Of a DNA stretch of 64,000 nucleotides, positions 50,528-59,013 are shown piece by piece. Source of the stretch: Acidobacteriota bacterium (lineage in GTDB: Bacteria > Acidobacteriota > UBA6911 > RPQK01 > JAJDTT01); contig CBDCJH010000002.1 of the NCBI GenBank assembly GCA_965217775.1, forward strand, positions 2,816,001 through 2,880,000. Direction: 5' to 3'. Both the position numbers and the translations under genes were made by a program. The notes beneath the pieces were generated by a model, which had not been told where the DNA came from, did not search any database, and saw nothing but the letters and a program-made list of their open reading frames with translations. Positions within the stretch are counted from its first letter, which is position 1. The number at the start of each line of letters is the position of its first letter.

Positions 50528-51976
50528 ATGCACAAATCACCCGATAGCCAACACCTCCCCCGGCGGGAATTCTTTTCCAGGATCGGTGACGGGCTCTACG
50601 CAACGGCCCTGGCCTCCCTTTTGGGCAACGATCTCTTTGCAGCCAATCCGGCTCTGGCCGGCAATGGAACCCACGACCTGAAACCCCGCGCTCCCCACTA
50701 CCGGCCCCAGGCCAAATCGGTGATCCACCTGTTCATGAACGGCGGACCCAGCCAGGTCGACCTGTTCGACCCCAAGCCGGAGCTGGCCCGGCTCGCCGGC
50801 AGCGCCCCTCCCAGGGACATCCTCAACAAGATCGAGTTCGCCGACCAGGTGGGGGGACTGCTCCCGTCACCCTACAAGTTCAACCGGCACGGGCGCTGTG
50901 GCATGGAGCTCACGGAGCTCCTGCCCCACCTGGGCGAGGTGGTGGACGACATCACCCTGATCCGTTCCATGTACGGGGAACACTTCAACCACGAACCGGC
51001 CATCTATCTCATGCACTCGGGCCGCACCCTGCCCAATCGGCCCTCGCTCGGATCATGGGTCGTCTACGGCCTGGGAAGCGAGACCCGGAACCTGCCCGGC
51101 TACGTGGTTCTGGACGACCCCAAGGGGCTGCCCATCAACCGGGAACAGAACTGGCAGTCGGCCTGGCTTCCGCCCATCTACCAGGGAACCCGGTTTCGCT
51201 CCGAAGGGCCGCCGGTTCTCAACCTGGAATCGCGGCGGAAGCTGCCCAGCGACCTGATCGAAGCGGAGCGGGCGCTGTTGCGCCGCCTCGACCTGGCGCA
51301 TCGGGACGCCCGGCCCCGGGAACCGGAGCTGGACGCCCGCATCGCCAGCTACGAGCTGGCCGCCCGGATGCAGTTGGCCACCTCGGACGCCCTGGATCTG
51401 TCCCAGGAGGACGAGGCCACTCGGGAGATGTACGGCCTCAACGACGAGCTGACCCGTTCCTACGGCAAACGGTGCCTGATGGCCCGGCGGCTGGTGGAAC
51501 GGGGAGTCCGGTTCGTCCAGATCTTCATCGAGGGCCAGATTTGGGACGCCCATCACAATCTGGAGAAGTCTCTGGCCTACAGTTGCGGCAAGACGGATCG
51601 CCCCGCGGCCGCCCTGATCAAGGACCTCAAGCGGCGCGGCCTGCTGGAGGAGACCCTGGTGATCTGGGGAGGAGAGTTCGGGAGAATGCCCCTGGCCCAA
51701 GTCGCCGACCGGGGCGCCGACGGGCGCGACCACGGTCCCGACGGCTTCAGCATCTGGATGGCCGGCGGCGGCGTCAAAGGGGGGCTCACCTACGGGGGGA
51801 CCGACGATATCGGACACAAGGCGGTGGACCAGAGGGTCAGCGTCCACGACTTCCACGCCACCCTGCTGCACCTTCTGGGCATGAACTACCGGGACCTGGT
51901 CTACCGGCGCCACGGACTGGACGAGCGCCTGACCGACCAGTTTCCCGCCCGGGTGGTGGAGGAGATCCTGGTTTAA
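50528..51976 (+). CDS. DUF1501 sulfatase-like protein
   Basis: Tat-like RREFF; LFMNGGPSQVDLFDPKP, CLMARRLVERGVRF, GEFGRMP, GRDH. Confidence 0.92.
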   Translation: MHKSPDSQHLPRREFFSRIGDGLYATALASLLGNDLFAANPALAGNGTHDLKPRAPHYRPQAKSVIHLFMNGGPSQVDLFDPKPELARLAGSAPPRDILNKIEFADQVGGLLPSPYKFNRHGRCGMELTELLPHLGEVVDDITLIRSMYGEHFNHEPAIYLMHSGRTLPNRPSLGSWVVYGLGSETRNLPGYVVLDDPKGLPINREQNWQSAWLPPIYQGTRFRSEGPPVLNLESRRKLPSDLIEAERALLRRLDLAHRDARPREPELDARIASYELAARMQLATSDALDLSQEDEATREMYGLNDELTRSYGKRCLMARRLVERGVRFVQIFIEGQIWDAHHNLEKSLAYSCGKTDRPAAALIKDLKRRGLLEETLVIWGGEFGRMPLAQVADRGADGRDHGPDGFSIWMAGGGVKGGLTYGGTDDIGHKAVDQRVSVHDFHATLLHLLGMNYRDLVYRRHGLDERLTDQFPARVVEEILV

Positions 51977-51998
51977 GCCGGGGAAACGCCGCGCCTCG

Positions 51999-53045
51999 CT
52001 ATCGTTTGTTTCCAGCGGAATCGGTCGCGGGGGGTGGAGCGAACCGCCGCCGGAACGCGTCCATGTGGACGTAAAGAGCCGGCGAGCCTCCGGTGTGAAT
52101 GAAGACCACCTTCTGTCCCTTGCGGAACACTCCCTTGCGGATCAGGTCGATGGTCCCGGCCATGGCCTTGCCCGTGTAGACCGGGTCCAGGAGGATCCCT
52201 TCGGACCGGGCCACGAGCCCGACCGCTTCCATCATCTCCGGCGTCGGGAGGGCGTACCCCGGGCCCACGTAGTCGCCGTTGCAGTCCACCGAATCCCTGG
52301 GAAGCGGGGATTCGACGCCCAGGCGGGAGACGGTCGCCAAGGCCAGCTCGTAGACGCTTCGCTCCTGTGGTTCCCGGCCGCGGCTCACATTCATGCCGGT
52401 CACGGCCAGCGAGGACCCGGCGCCCCGGAGCCCGGCCAGGAGTCCAGATTGGGTCCCGGCGCTTCCGCTCGGAACCACCAAGTGGTCCACCTGGAGATCC
52501 TGCTGCCGGAACTGGGAGATCAACTCCAGGGCGCAGGCGGCGTATCCGGTGGCGCCGACGGCGTTGGATCCGCCCACGGGGATCAAGTAGGGGTTCCGTC
52601 CCCGCGCCCGGCACTCGCGAGCCAACTGCTCCATCGCGGGCGCCGCCTGTCCCCGCCCGGAGACGATCCGCAGGCTGTCCGCCCCCAGCAACTGGTAGAG
52701 GAAATTGTTGCCGCCGGCCTCGGGGTCGAAGGCGCCGGGCGCCGGTTCCTGCAGCACCAGGTGGCACTCGAGTCCCTCCACCCGGGCCCAGGAGAGGGTC
52801 AGCCGGCAGTGGTTGGATTGAATGGCGCCACTGGTGATGAGGGTATCCGCACCCTGGGCCAGGGCCTCCCCGATGGAGAACTCCAACTTGCGAGTCTTGT
52901 TCCCTCCGCCCGCTCCCGGCAACAGGTCGTCCCGTTTGATGTAGATCTGCGGGCCACCCAGCAATCGGGACAGGCGAGGGGCCGGCTGCAGGGGAGTCGG
53001 CTCCGTGACATAGATTCTGCGGGGGAAGGAGGACAGTGATTTCAA
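51999..53045 (-). CDS. dcyD: D-cysteine desulfhydrase (PLP-dependent)
   Basis: YIKRDDL..GGNKTRKLEF, GAIQSNHCR, LLDPVYTGKA, FIHTGG. Confidence 0.88.
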   Translation of the reverse strand: MKSLSSFPRRIYVTEPTPLQPAPRLSRLLGGPQIYIKRDDLLPGAGGGNKTRKLEFSIGEALAQGADTLITSGAIQSNHCRLTLSWARVEGLECHLVLQEPAPGAFDPEAGGNNFLYQLLGADSLRIVSGRGQAAPAMEQLARECRARGRNPYLIPVGGSNAVGATGYAACALELISQFRQQDLQVDHLVVPSGSAGTQSGLLAGLRGAGSSLAVTGMNVSRGREPQERSVYELALATVSRLGVESPLPRDSVDCNGDYVGPGYALPTPEMMEAVGLVARSEGILLDPVYTGKAMAGTIDLIRKGVFRKGQKVVFIHTGGSPALYVHMDAFRRRFAPPPATDSAGNKR

Positions 53046-53084
53046 GATTTACGACTCCGGAGTCTGATTCGAGATTCGGTCGGT

Positions 53085-54515
53085 TCAGGCAAACAGCTCT
53101 TGGATCGGTTGTCCCCGGCCGTCCTTGGTGACGAAGAAGGGCCGCTTCTCGACCTCGTAAGCCTGATCCGGAGGAATGCCCAAGGCGGCATAGAGGGTGG
53201 CGTGGAGGTCCTCGATGGAGACCGGGTTTTCCACCACCCGGCAGGGGCGCTCGTCGTCGGTCCGGCCGTAGAGGAAGCCGGACTTGAATCCGCCCCCGAA
53301 AATCAGAACCGATGAGGCTTCGGTGAAGTGCCGGTGCATGCCGTAGTGGCGCGGCTCGGTCATCCGGTCCGGGACCTTGATCTGCTGCCTCACGCCCAGG
53401 TCCGGCTTGCCTTCGATGAGGGCGTCCCGGCCGAACTCGCTGGCCACGACCACGACCGTCCGTTCCAGGAGACCCCGTTCCTCCAGGTCCAGGACCAGTT
53501 GGGCGATGGGGGCGTCGATGGTCCGCTTGAGGTGGATCATCCGCTCGTGGCCGTTCTCGTGAGTGTCGAAGTAGCGAAAAGGGATGTACCCGGTGGTGAC
53601 CTCCAAGAAGCGGGCGCCCGCCTCGACGAGCCGGCGGGCCAGAAGGCAACCCTGACCGAAGCGGCCCGTGCCGTACCTTTGATGACTCTCCTCGGGCTCC
53701 TGGGACAGATCGAAGGCTGCGGCCGCGGGAGAATCCACGAGGCGGTGGGCCTTGTCCAGATAGCGGAGCAACGACTTCTGCTGATAGCTCGTGCCCTCTT
53801 GAAGAACCGGGCTCTCGGCCACCAGGCGGCGGTAGGCGCGGTAGCGCCGTGCGGCGCGGGCCCGGTTCACGCCCTGGGGCGGCCGCATGGCCCCGGCCGC
53901 AGTGGCGGGATCGGGGATCAGCATGGGACCGTACTCGGCGCCCAGGAACCCGGCCGTGTGGAAGGCCTTGAGAGAGTCGCTCTCCGCCCCGATCTCCATG
54001 TCCTGGCCGATGTCCACGAAGGCGGGCACCTCCGGACGCCGTGGACCCAGCGTGCGAGCCACCACCGAACCCAGGTGGGGAGCCGCCACCGAGAGGGGCG
54101 GCGCATAACCGGTGTGCCAGTGATACTGGTGGCGGGAGTGGAGAATGAACCCCAAGTCTCCCAGACGGTGACTGCGGATCAGGGTGGCCCGGTCCATCAC
54201 CTGGGCCAAGCGGTCCAGGCCGCTGGAGAGTTGGATGCCGTCCACCACCGTGTCGATGGCGGGAAAGGTGCTCAATACCCGTTTCGACTCGACACCGGGT
54301 TCGAACGGAGTGTAGCGCTTGGGATCGAAGGTTTCGGTCTGGGCCATGCCTCCGGCCATCCAGAGCAGAATCATGGCGTCGGCCCGGGCCGGCAGCGATG
54401 GAGCCGCCAAAAGCCGGGGCTCGCGACTTCTCCAGGCCGCCAATGCGGCGGCGGAGAGCTGGAGAAATCGTCTGCGATCGAAGCCTTCCGAGGGGTCTGG
54501 ACTCAAGTTCCGCAC
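53085..54515 (-). CDS. DUF1501 protein
   Basis: RRRFL Tat signal; LWMAGGMAQTETFDPK, GCLLARRLVEAG, SEFGR. Confidence 0.9.
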   Translation of the reverse strand: MRNLSPDPSEGFDRRRFLQLSAAALAAWRSREPRLLAAPSLPARADAMILLWMAGGMAQTETFDPKRYTPFEPGVESKRVLSTFPAIDTVVDGIQLSSGLDRLAQVMDRATLIRSHRLGDLGFILHSRHQYHWHTGYAPPLSVAAPHLGSVVARTLGPRRPEVPAFVDIGQDMEIGAESDSLKAFHTAGFLGAEYGPMLIPDPATAAGAMRPPQGVNRARAARRYRAYRRLVAESPVLQEGTSYQQKSLLRYLDKAHRLVDSPAAAAFDLSQEPEESHQRYGTGRFGQGCLLARRLVEAGARFLEVTTGYIPFRYFDTHENGHERMIHLKRTIDAPIAQLVLDLEERGLLERTVVVVASEFGRDALIEGKPDLGVRQQIKVPDRMTEPRHYGMHRHFTEASSVLIFGGGFKSGFLYGRTDDERPCRVVENPVSIEDLHATLYAALGIPPDQAYEVEKRPFFVTKDGRGQPIQELFA

Positions 54516-54639
54516 GGTGGGTTCTCCGCCTTGCCGGACAGATCGGGATCGCCGTTCATGTTACGCATTCCCCCTGCGGGCTCGCAAGCTCGCGGGTTGC
54601 GTCGACGAACTGCCCCAAATCAGGGTCACCGGATGCGGG

Positions 54640-54905
54640 CTAGCTTGCTGGCTTGAGTGTTCCCTCTTCGTGATCGTGGCGATGGTCATGGCGACCCTGG
54701 TGAAACACGGCGTGGAGCAGCGTACCGCCGACAAAGGCCTGGTAGAGCTCGAGCCCGTCCCCATCGGCAAAGAGCCGGGCACCGATGGCGTACCCGGCGA
54801 TCGTAGCGGCCAGAATCGTCCCGATGCCGATCGCCGCGACTCGGAAGCCGTGGCGGGGCCGCAAGATCCACCAGATCATCAAGCCGACCGGAATTCGGCG
54901 GCATC
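54640..54905 (-). pseudogene. 3' remnant of a ZIP-like/His-tailed membrane permease
   Basis: RIPVGLMIWWILRP...YQAFVGGTLLHAVFHQGRHDHRHDH; no N-terminus. Confidence 0.6.
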
Positions 54906-54949
54906 AGCAAATTCCTGCCAACACAGTCGAGACACGGCACGGTCCCGGA

Positions 54950-55939
54950 TTACCCGGGGGATACCAGGCCAGGGTCAACGGAGCGGCCGCCGACATGGTG
55001 ATCCTCATCGGGACAGCCTTCCGCCGTGTCTTCCAACTGAATCGTGACGTGCCGGATGCCGAAGTCACGGGAGGCGATCTCGCGAAGTTGGTTCCGAATG
55101 AAGACCATGTCTTCATTCCCGGGATCTACCAGAACGTGAGCCGTGAGGACATCGTAGTCGGAGGCGAGGCTCCAAACATGAATATCGTGAATCGAGCCGA
55201 CGCCCGGCACATCTTCCATTTGCCTGCACAGGCGACGAATGTCGATGTGTTGCGGCACCCCTTCAAGGAGGACATGGATCACCTTACCCAGCAGGCGCCA
55301 TGAACTCACCAGAATGAGGATACCGATGATCACGCTCACGATGGGGTCCGCGATTTTCCAATTGAAACCCCAAACCAGAATGCCCGATACGACCACACCG
55401 ATGGACCCGAGAAGATCGGCCATGACGTGCTGGTAGGCGCCTTCGACGTTCACGCTGTGCCCAGCCGACCGGTGCAGGATCCGGGCCGCGATGAGGTTGA
55501 CGACGAGGCCAATGGAGCCGACGGTCAGCATCACCTCTCCCTTGACGTCGGGCAGAACCGTGAAGCGGTGGTAGGCTTCAAAAACGACCCACCCGGCAAT
55601 CAGCCAGAGCGTGACTGCGTTCAGCAGGGCCGCCAGGATCTCGAGGCGGCGATAACCAAAGGTACGCCGTGCGGACGCCGGCCGATTTGAAAAGTGAAGG
55701 GCGACCAGAGCGAGGCCGATCGACGCCGCGTCGGTCAACATGTGCCCGGCGTCCGCCATGAGCGCCAGACTTCCGGAGAGGATGCCGCCGATGATCTCGG
55801 CGAACATAAAGCCGACGATCAGCACCAGCGCAGAGGTCAGATTGCGCCGGCTGGACCCGCGAAGGTCATGCGAACATCCGTCCAGGCCAGGGTCTTGGTC
55901 TTGGCAACGGCCATGGTGCTGGTGACGGCCTTTGGACAT
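54950..55939 (-). CDS. Second CDF metal efflux transporter
   Basis: ADAGHMLTD, TFGYRRLEILAA, HVMADLLG, HDIHVWSL; paralogue of 46459-47436. Confidence 0.92.
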   Translation of the reverse strand: MSKGRHQHHGRCQDQDPGLDGCSHDLRGSSRRNLTSALVLIVGFMFAEIIGGILSGSLALMADAGHMLTDAASIGLALVALHFSNRPASARRTFGYRRLEILAALLNAVTLWLIAGWVVFEAYHRFTVLPDVKGEVMLTVGSIGLVVNLIAARILHRSAGHSVNVEGAYQHVMADLLGSIGVVVSGILVWGFNWKIADPIVSVIIGILILVSSWRLLGKVIHVLLEGVPQHIDIRRLCRQMEDVPGVGSIHDIHVWSLASDYDVLTAHVLVDPGNEDMVFIRNQLREIASRDFGIRHVTIQLEDTAEGCPDEDHHVGGRSVDPGLVSPG

Positions 55940-56115
55940 TGCTTTACTCTACAACATCAACTCGACCGGATGTCTCACCGGCAAAGTAAATCAAGGTTGA
56001 GGTATGCACTGTAAGCGCATTTTCCGCTTCAGTCCGAAATCCTCGCCTGGAACTGTTAATCTTCGAATCTCAGGGACCGTACCGGATCTACTGAGCCGGA
56101 CGGAGGAGACGCCAC

Positions 56116-56976
56116 ATGCGCAGAGTGGTCGTGATCGGGTCCAAAGGGCAGCTTGGATCCGATTTGGTGCGGGAGCTGGGCGATCCGGATCGGATCGTTC
56201 CCCTTTCCCATCAGGATCTGGAGATCTGCGACCACGCCAACACGCGAGAGGTTCTGACCGGGCTCCGGCCGGACGCCGTCATCAATACGGCAGCCTATCA
56301 CCGGGTCGACGACTGCGAGGACCATGAGTCCAGAGCCTTCGAGAACAACGCGGCCGCGGTCCTGAACCTGGGCCGGATCTGCAACGACCTGGACGCGCTC
56401 CTGGTGCACGTGAGCACCGACTACGTGTTCGGCGGTGATGGTGACCGGACGTCGCCTTACACCGAGGAAGATCCCCCTTGCCCCTTGAACGTCTACGGGG
56501 CCTCCAAGCTCGCCGGCGAGAACCTGCTTCGAGAAGAGTGCCGGCGGCACCTGATCGTGAGGACCTCCGGGCTCTACGGTCTGGCCGGAGACCGCAACTT
56601 CGTGGCCGTCATGCTGAGACTGGCCGGAAGGAGCCGTCCCCTCCGGGTGGTGGACGACCAGCGCCTGCGACCGACGTATACGGCGCATCTGGCTCGCAAG
56701 ATGGTCCAGTTGTTGGCTTCGACGGCTCGGGGAACGGTGCACGTCACCAATCAGGGCGAGTGCACCTGGTACGAATTCGCCCGCCGGCTCTTCGAGTTGG
56801 CCGGCCTCACAGCAGACCTGACGCCCACCACCTCCCAGGAATTCGGAGCCAAGGCCACCCGGCCGGCGTACTCGGTCCTGGCCAACGAGGCCCTGACCCG
56901 GGCGGGCCTCGACCCCATGCCCCACTGGAGCCAGGGCTTGGCCGACTATCTGGCGGGGAAACGGAGCGGACGGTAA
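56116..56976 (+). CDS. rfbD: dTDP-4-dehydrorhamnose reductase
   Basis: GSKGQLG, NTAAYHRVD, STDYVFGG, YGASK, VVDDQ, RPAYSVL. Confidence 0.92.
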   Translation: MRRVVVIGSKGQLGSDLVRELGDPDRIVPLSHQDLEICDHANTREVLTGLRPDAVINTAAYHRVDDCEDHESRAFENNAAAVLNLGRICNDLDALLVHVSTDYVFGGDGDRTSPYTEEDPPCPLNVYGASKLAGENLLREECRRHLIVRTSGLYGLAGDRNFVAVMLRLAGRSRPLRVVDDQRLRPTYTAHLARKMVQLLASTARGTVHVTNQGECTWYEFARRLFELAGLTADLTPTTSQEFGAKATRPAYSVLANEALTRAGLDPMPHWSQGLADYLAGKRSGR

Positions 56977-56982
56977 CGGCAA

Positions 56983-57011
56983 GGGAAGGCGACCACAAGC
57001 GTCGCCCCTAC
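56983..57011 (-). repeat. GTAG-type REP
   Basis: Reverse complement GTAGGGGCGACGCTTGTGGTCGCC; same family as 35447, 35481 and 42702. Confidence 0.78.
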
Positions 57012-57023
57012 CAGAATTTTCCC

Positions 57024-57690
57024 GGAAAAGGGGACAGTCTATTTTTCTGGGACGGGGGCACATGGGACGGGGGCACACACACAGGTCAGACCACAAGGGG
57101 GCACAGGTCAGACCACAAGGGTATCGGCGACTTCGGCTACCAAGACGACTCAGGTGGTCACTTAGTCACATTTCGTCGGATTCTTCCGGGAACGCGAGAT
57201 TTGCTGATTTTCTTGAGTTTCCTTCGCCTTTCTCAGTTCTGAATCGTTGGTGTCACAAAGGGTTGCGAAACGACTCCCCCGCGAGTCCGAGTCCGATTAA
57301 CCGAACCGAGGATCGTGGCCATGGCCCGAACCGCACGACACAAGAGTTCAGAAGCCGCCTTCTATCACCTCACCGATGGAAAAGGGGACAGTCTATTTCT
57401 CTGGCACGGAAGGCACAGGTCAGACCACCACGGTGCCGGCTTTTTCGGCTGCAAAGACAACTGAGATCGTCGCTTGGTCAAGTTCCCTCGGTTGCTTCCG
57501 GAAACGCGAGGCTTGCCGGTTTTCTTGAGTTTCCTTCGCTGTTCTCAGTTCAGAATCGTTGTTGTCATCAGGGGTGCGAAACAGCTCCCCCGCCGAGTCC
57601 GAGTCCGATTAACCGAACCGAGGATCGTGGCCATGGCCCGAACCGCACGACACAAGAGCACAGAAGCCGCCTTCTATCACCTCACCAATC
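57024..57690 (+). repeat. Diverged tandem duplication of the transposase left end and leader
   Basis: 57024-57377 and 57378-57686 both start GGAAAAGGGGACAGTCTATTT. The first copy ends after MARTARHKSSEAAFYHLT. Internal short duplications of CACAGGTCAGACCACAAGGG. Confidence 0.9.
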
Positions 57691-58568
57691 GAGTCGCCGG
57701 CAATTCCGATTGGTTCCCCTTTAAAAACCACCAAGCCGGTCGCAAACTCCTGGACATGATGTCGTTCTACGTCAATGTCTACCGGTGTCGTTTGGCCGCT
57801 TTCCAGATCATGGGCAATCACTTCCACTTCGTCATCCATTTTGAGAAACCCCGCCCCCTGTCCCGCGACGAGTTGATGGACAGCGCCCACAAGCTTTATG
57901 GACAACAGGCAGAGAAGAAAACCGCCGATTGGACCGTCGCCCAGTGGGAGGCTTTCAACCAGCGTCTCTTTGACGTGTCGAAACTGATGGCGAACGTGGA
58001 CGGGTTCTATGCCCGGTGGTTCAACCGCAATTTCAAACGGCGAGGCCATCTTTGGGGTGATCGTTTCAAGAACCCGGAACTCTTGGGAAGCGAAGCCGTC
58101 CAGGACGCCATCCTCTACGTGGAACTCAACGCCGTCCGGGCCGGACTGGTCAAAAGGCCCGAGCAATGGCAGTGGGGCTCGGCCCGCTGGAGACTCACCG
58201 GCGAGGATCAAAATCTGATTCCACTGGAGGAACTGTTCCCCTCGGATCCCGGAGCGGACGTGTACAGAAGTTACCGGGCTCGCTTGTACTATCGAGGAGC
58301 CGTCCCCACCCGGGAGAACCAGGCTGCGATCCCCCGGTGGATCCTCCTTCAGGAGCAGCGACGTGGATTTACCCGTGCCGGAGCCTTTCGCCGGCGTTTG
58401 CGATTTCTGACGGACGGGTTGGCCGTCGGTCCGGCAGAGAAGGTGGCGCAACTGCTGGAGACGTATCGAAAGCAAGGTCGATATCGGCGTCGCCGACACC
58501 CCATCCCCCAACTGGGCGGAGTGCTGTTTTCCCTGCGGGAGCAGCGCTCGCACGCCTTCGTCACGTAG
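57633..58568 (+). CDS. HUH Y1 tyrosine transposase, REP-associated (RAYT/TnpA-REP-like)
   Basis: FYHLTNR, MGNHFHFVI (HUH), YARWFNR...GHLWGDRFK, YVELNAVRAGLV..PEQWQWGS. Confidence 0.92.
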   Translation: MARTARHKSTEAAFYHLTNRVAGNSDWFPFKNHQAGRKLLDMMSFYVNVYRCRLAAFQIMGNHFHFVIHFEKPRPLSRDELMDSAHKLYGQQAEKKTADWTVAQWEAFNQRLFDVSKLMANVDGFYARWFNRNFKRRGHLWGDRFKNPELLGSEAVQDAILYVELNAVRAGLVKRPEQWQWGSARWRLTGEDQNLIPLEELFPSDPGADVYRSYRARLYYRGAVPTRENQAAIPRWILLQEQRRGFTRAGAFRRRLRFLTDGLAVGPAEKVAQLLETYRKQGRYRRRRHPIPQLGGVLFSLREQRSHAFVT

Positions 58569-59013
58569 ACTCTTCTGATCTCCGACGCGCCAGATCTCCA
58601 ACCGTCGATTCTGCCACCGTGGCACCGGACGACCCAGATCACGGAAACCACCCAATAGACTCTGGTCTTTCCCCATTTTCCTGACGGTTCAGGAGAACAG
58701 GGGAAGCAGGTTTGAACGAGGATCGTGACGAGGCGGTCCAATCCCGGCGACCCGGCCATGCAAGAGAAATCGAGACTGTCCCTTTCCGCTCGCACGCCTT
58801 CGTCACGTAGACTCTTCTGATCTCCGACGCGCCAGATCTCCAACCGTCGATTCTGCCACCGTGGCACCGCGTACGTAAAAGAGGCTGTCCCTTTCCGAAG
58901 GGGAACTTCGTAAAAGAGGCTGTCCCTTTCCGAAGGGGAACTTCAGCGAATGGTCTGGAACTCGGGGGAGAGGAAGGGGAACTTCAGCGAATGGTCTGGA
59001 ACTCGGGGGAGAG
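58545..59013. repeat. Nested direct duplications and inverted end motifs right of the transposase
   Basis: 83 bp 58545-58627 = 58787-58869; AGACTGTCCCTTTCC at 58773; 35-bp unit x2 (58874-58943); 41-bp unit x2 (58932-59013). Confidence 0.92.

Noticed and set aside
47602-50535. Long antisense or alternate-frame ORFs (also 22099-23880, 39608-41599, 51973-53649, 57609-58676)
   Set aside because: Shadow ORFs of high-GC genes with no recognisable motifs
58773-59013. CRISPR-like repeats
   Set aside because: These are tandem duplications without unique spacers
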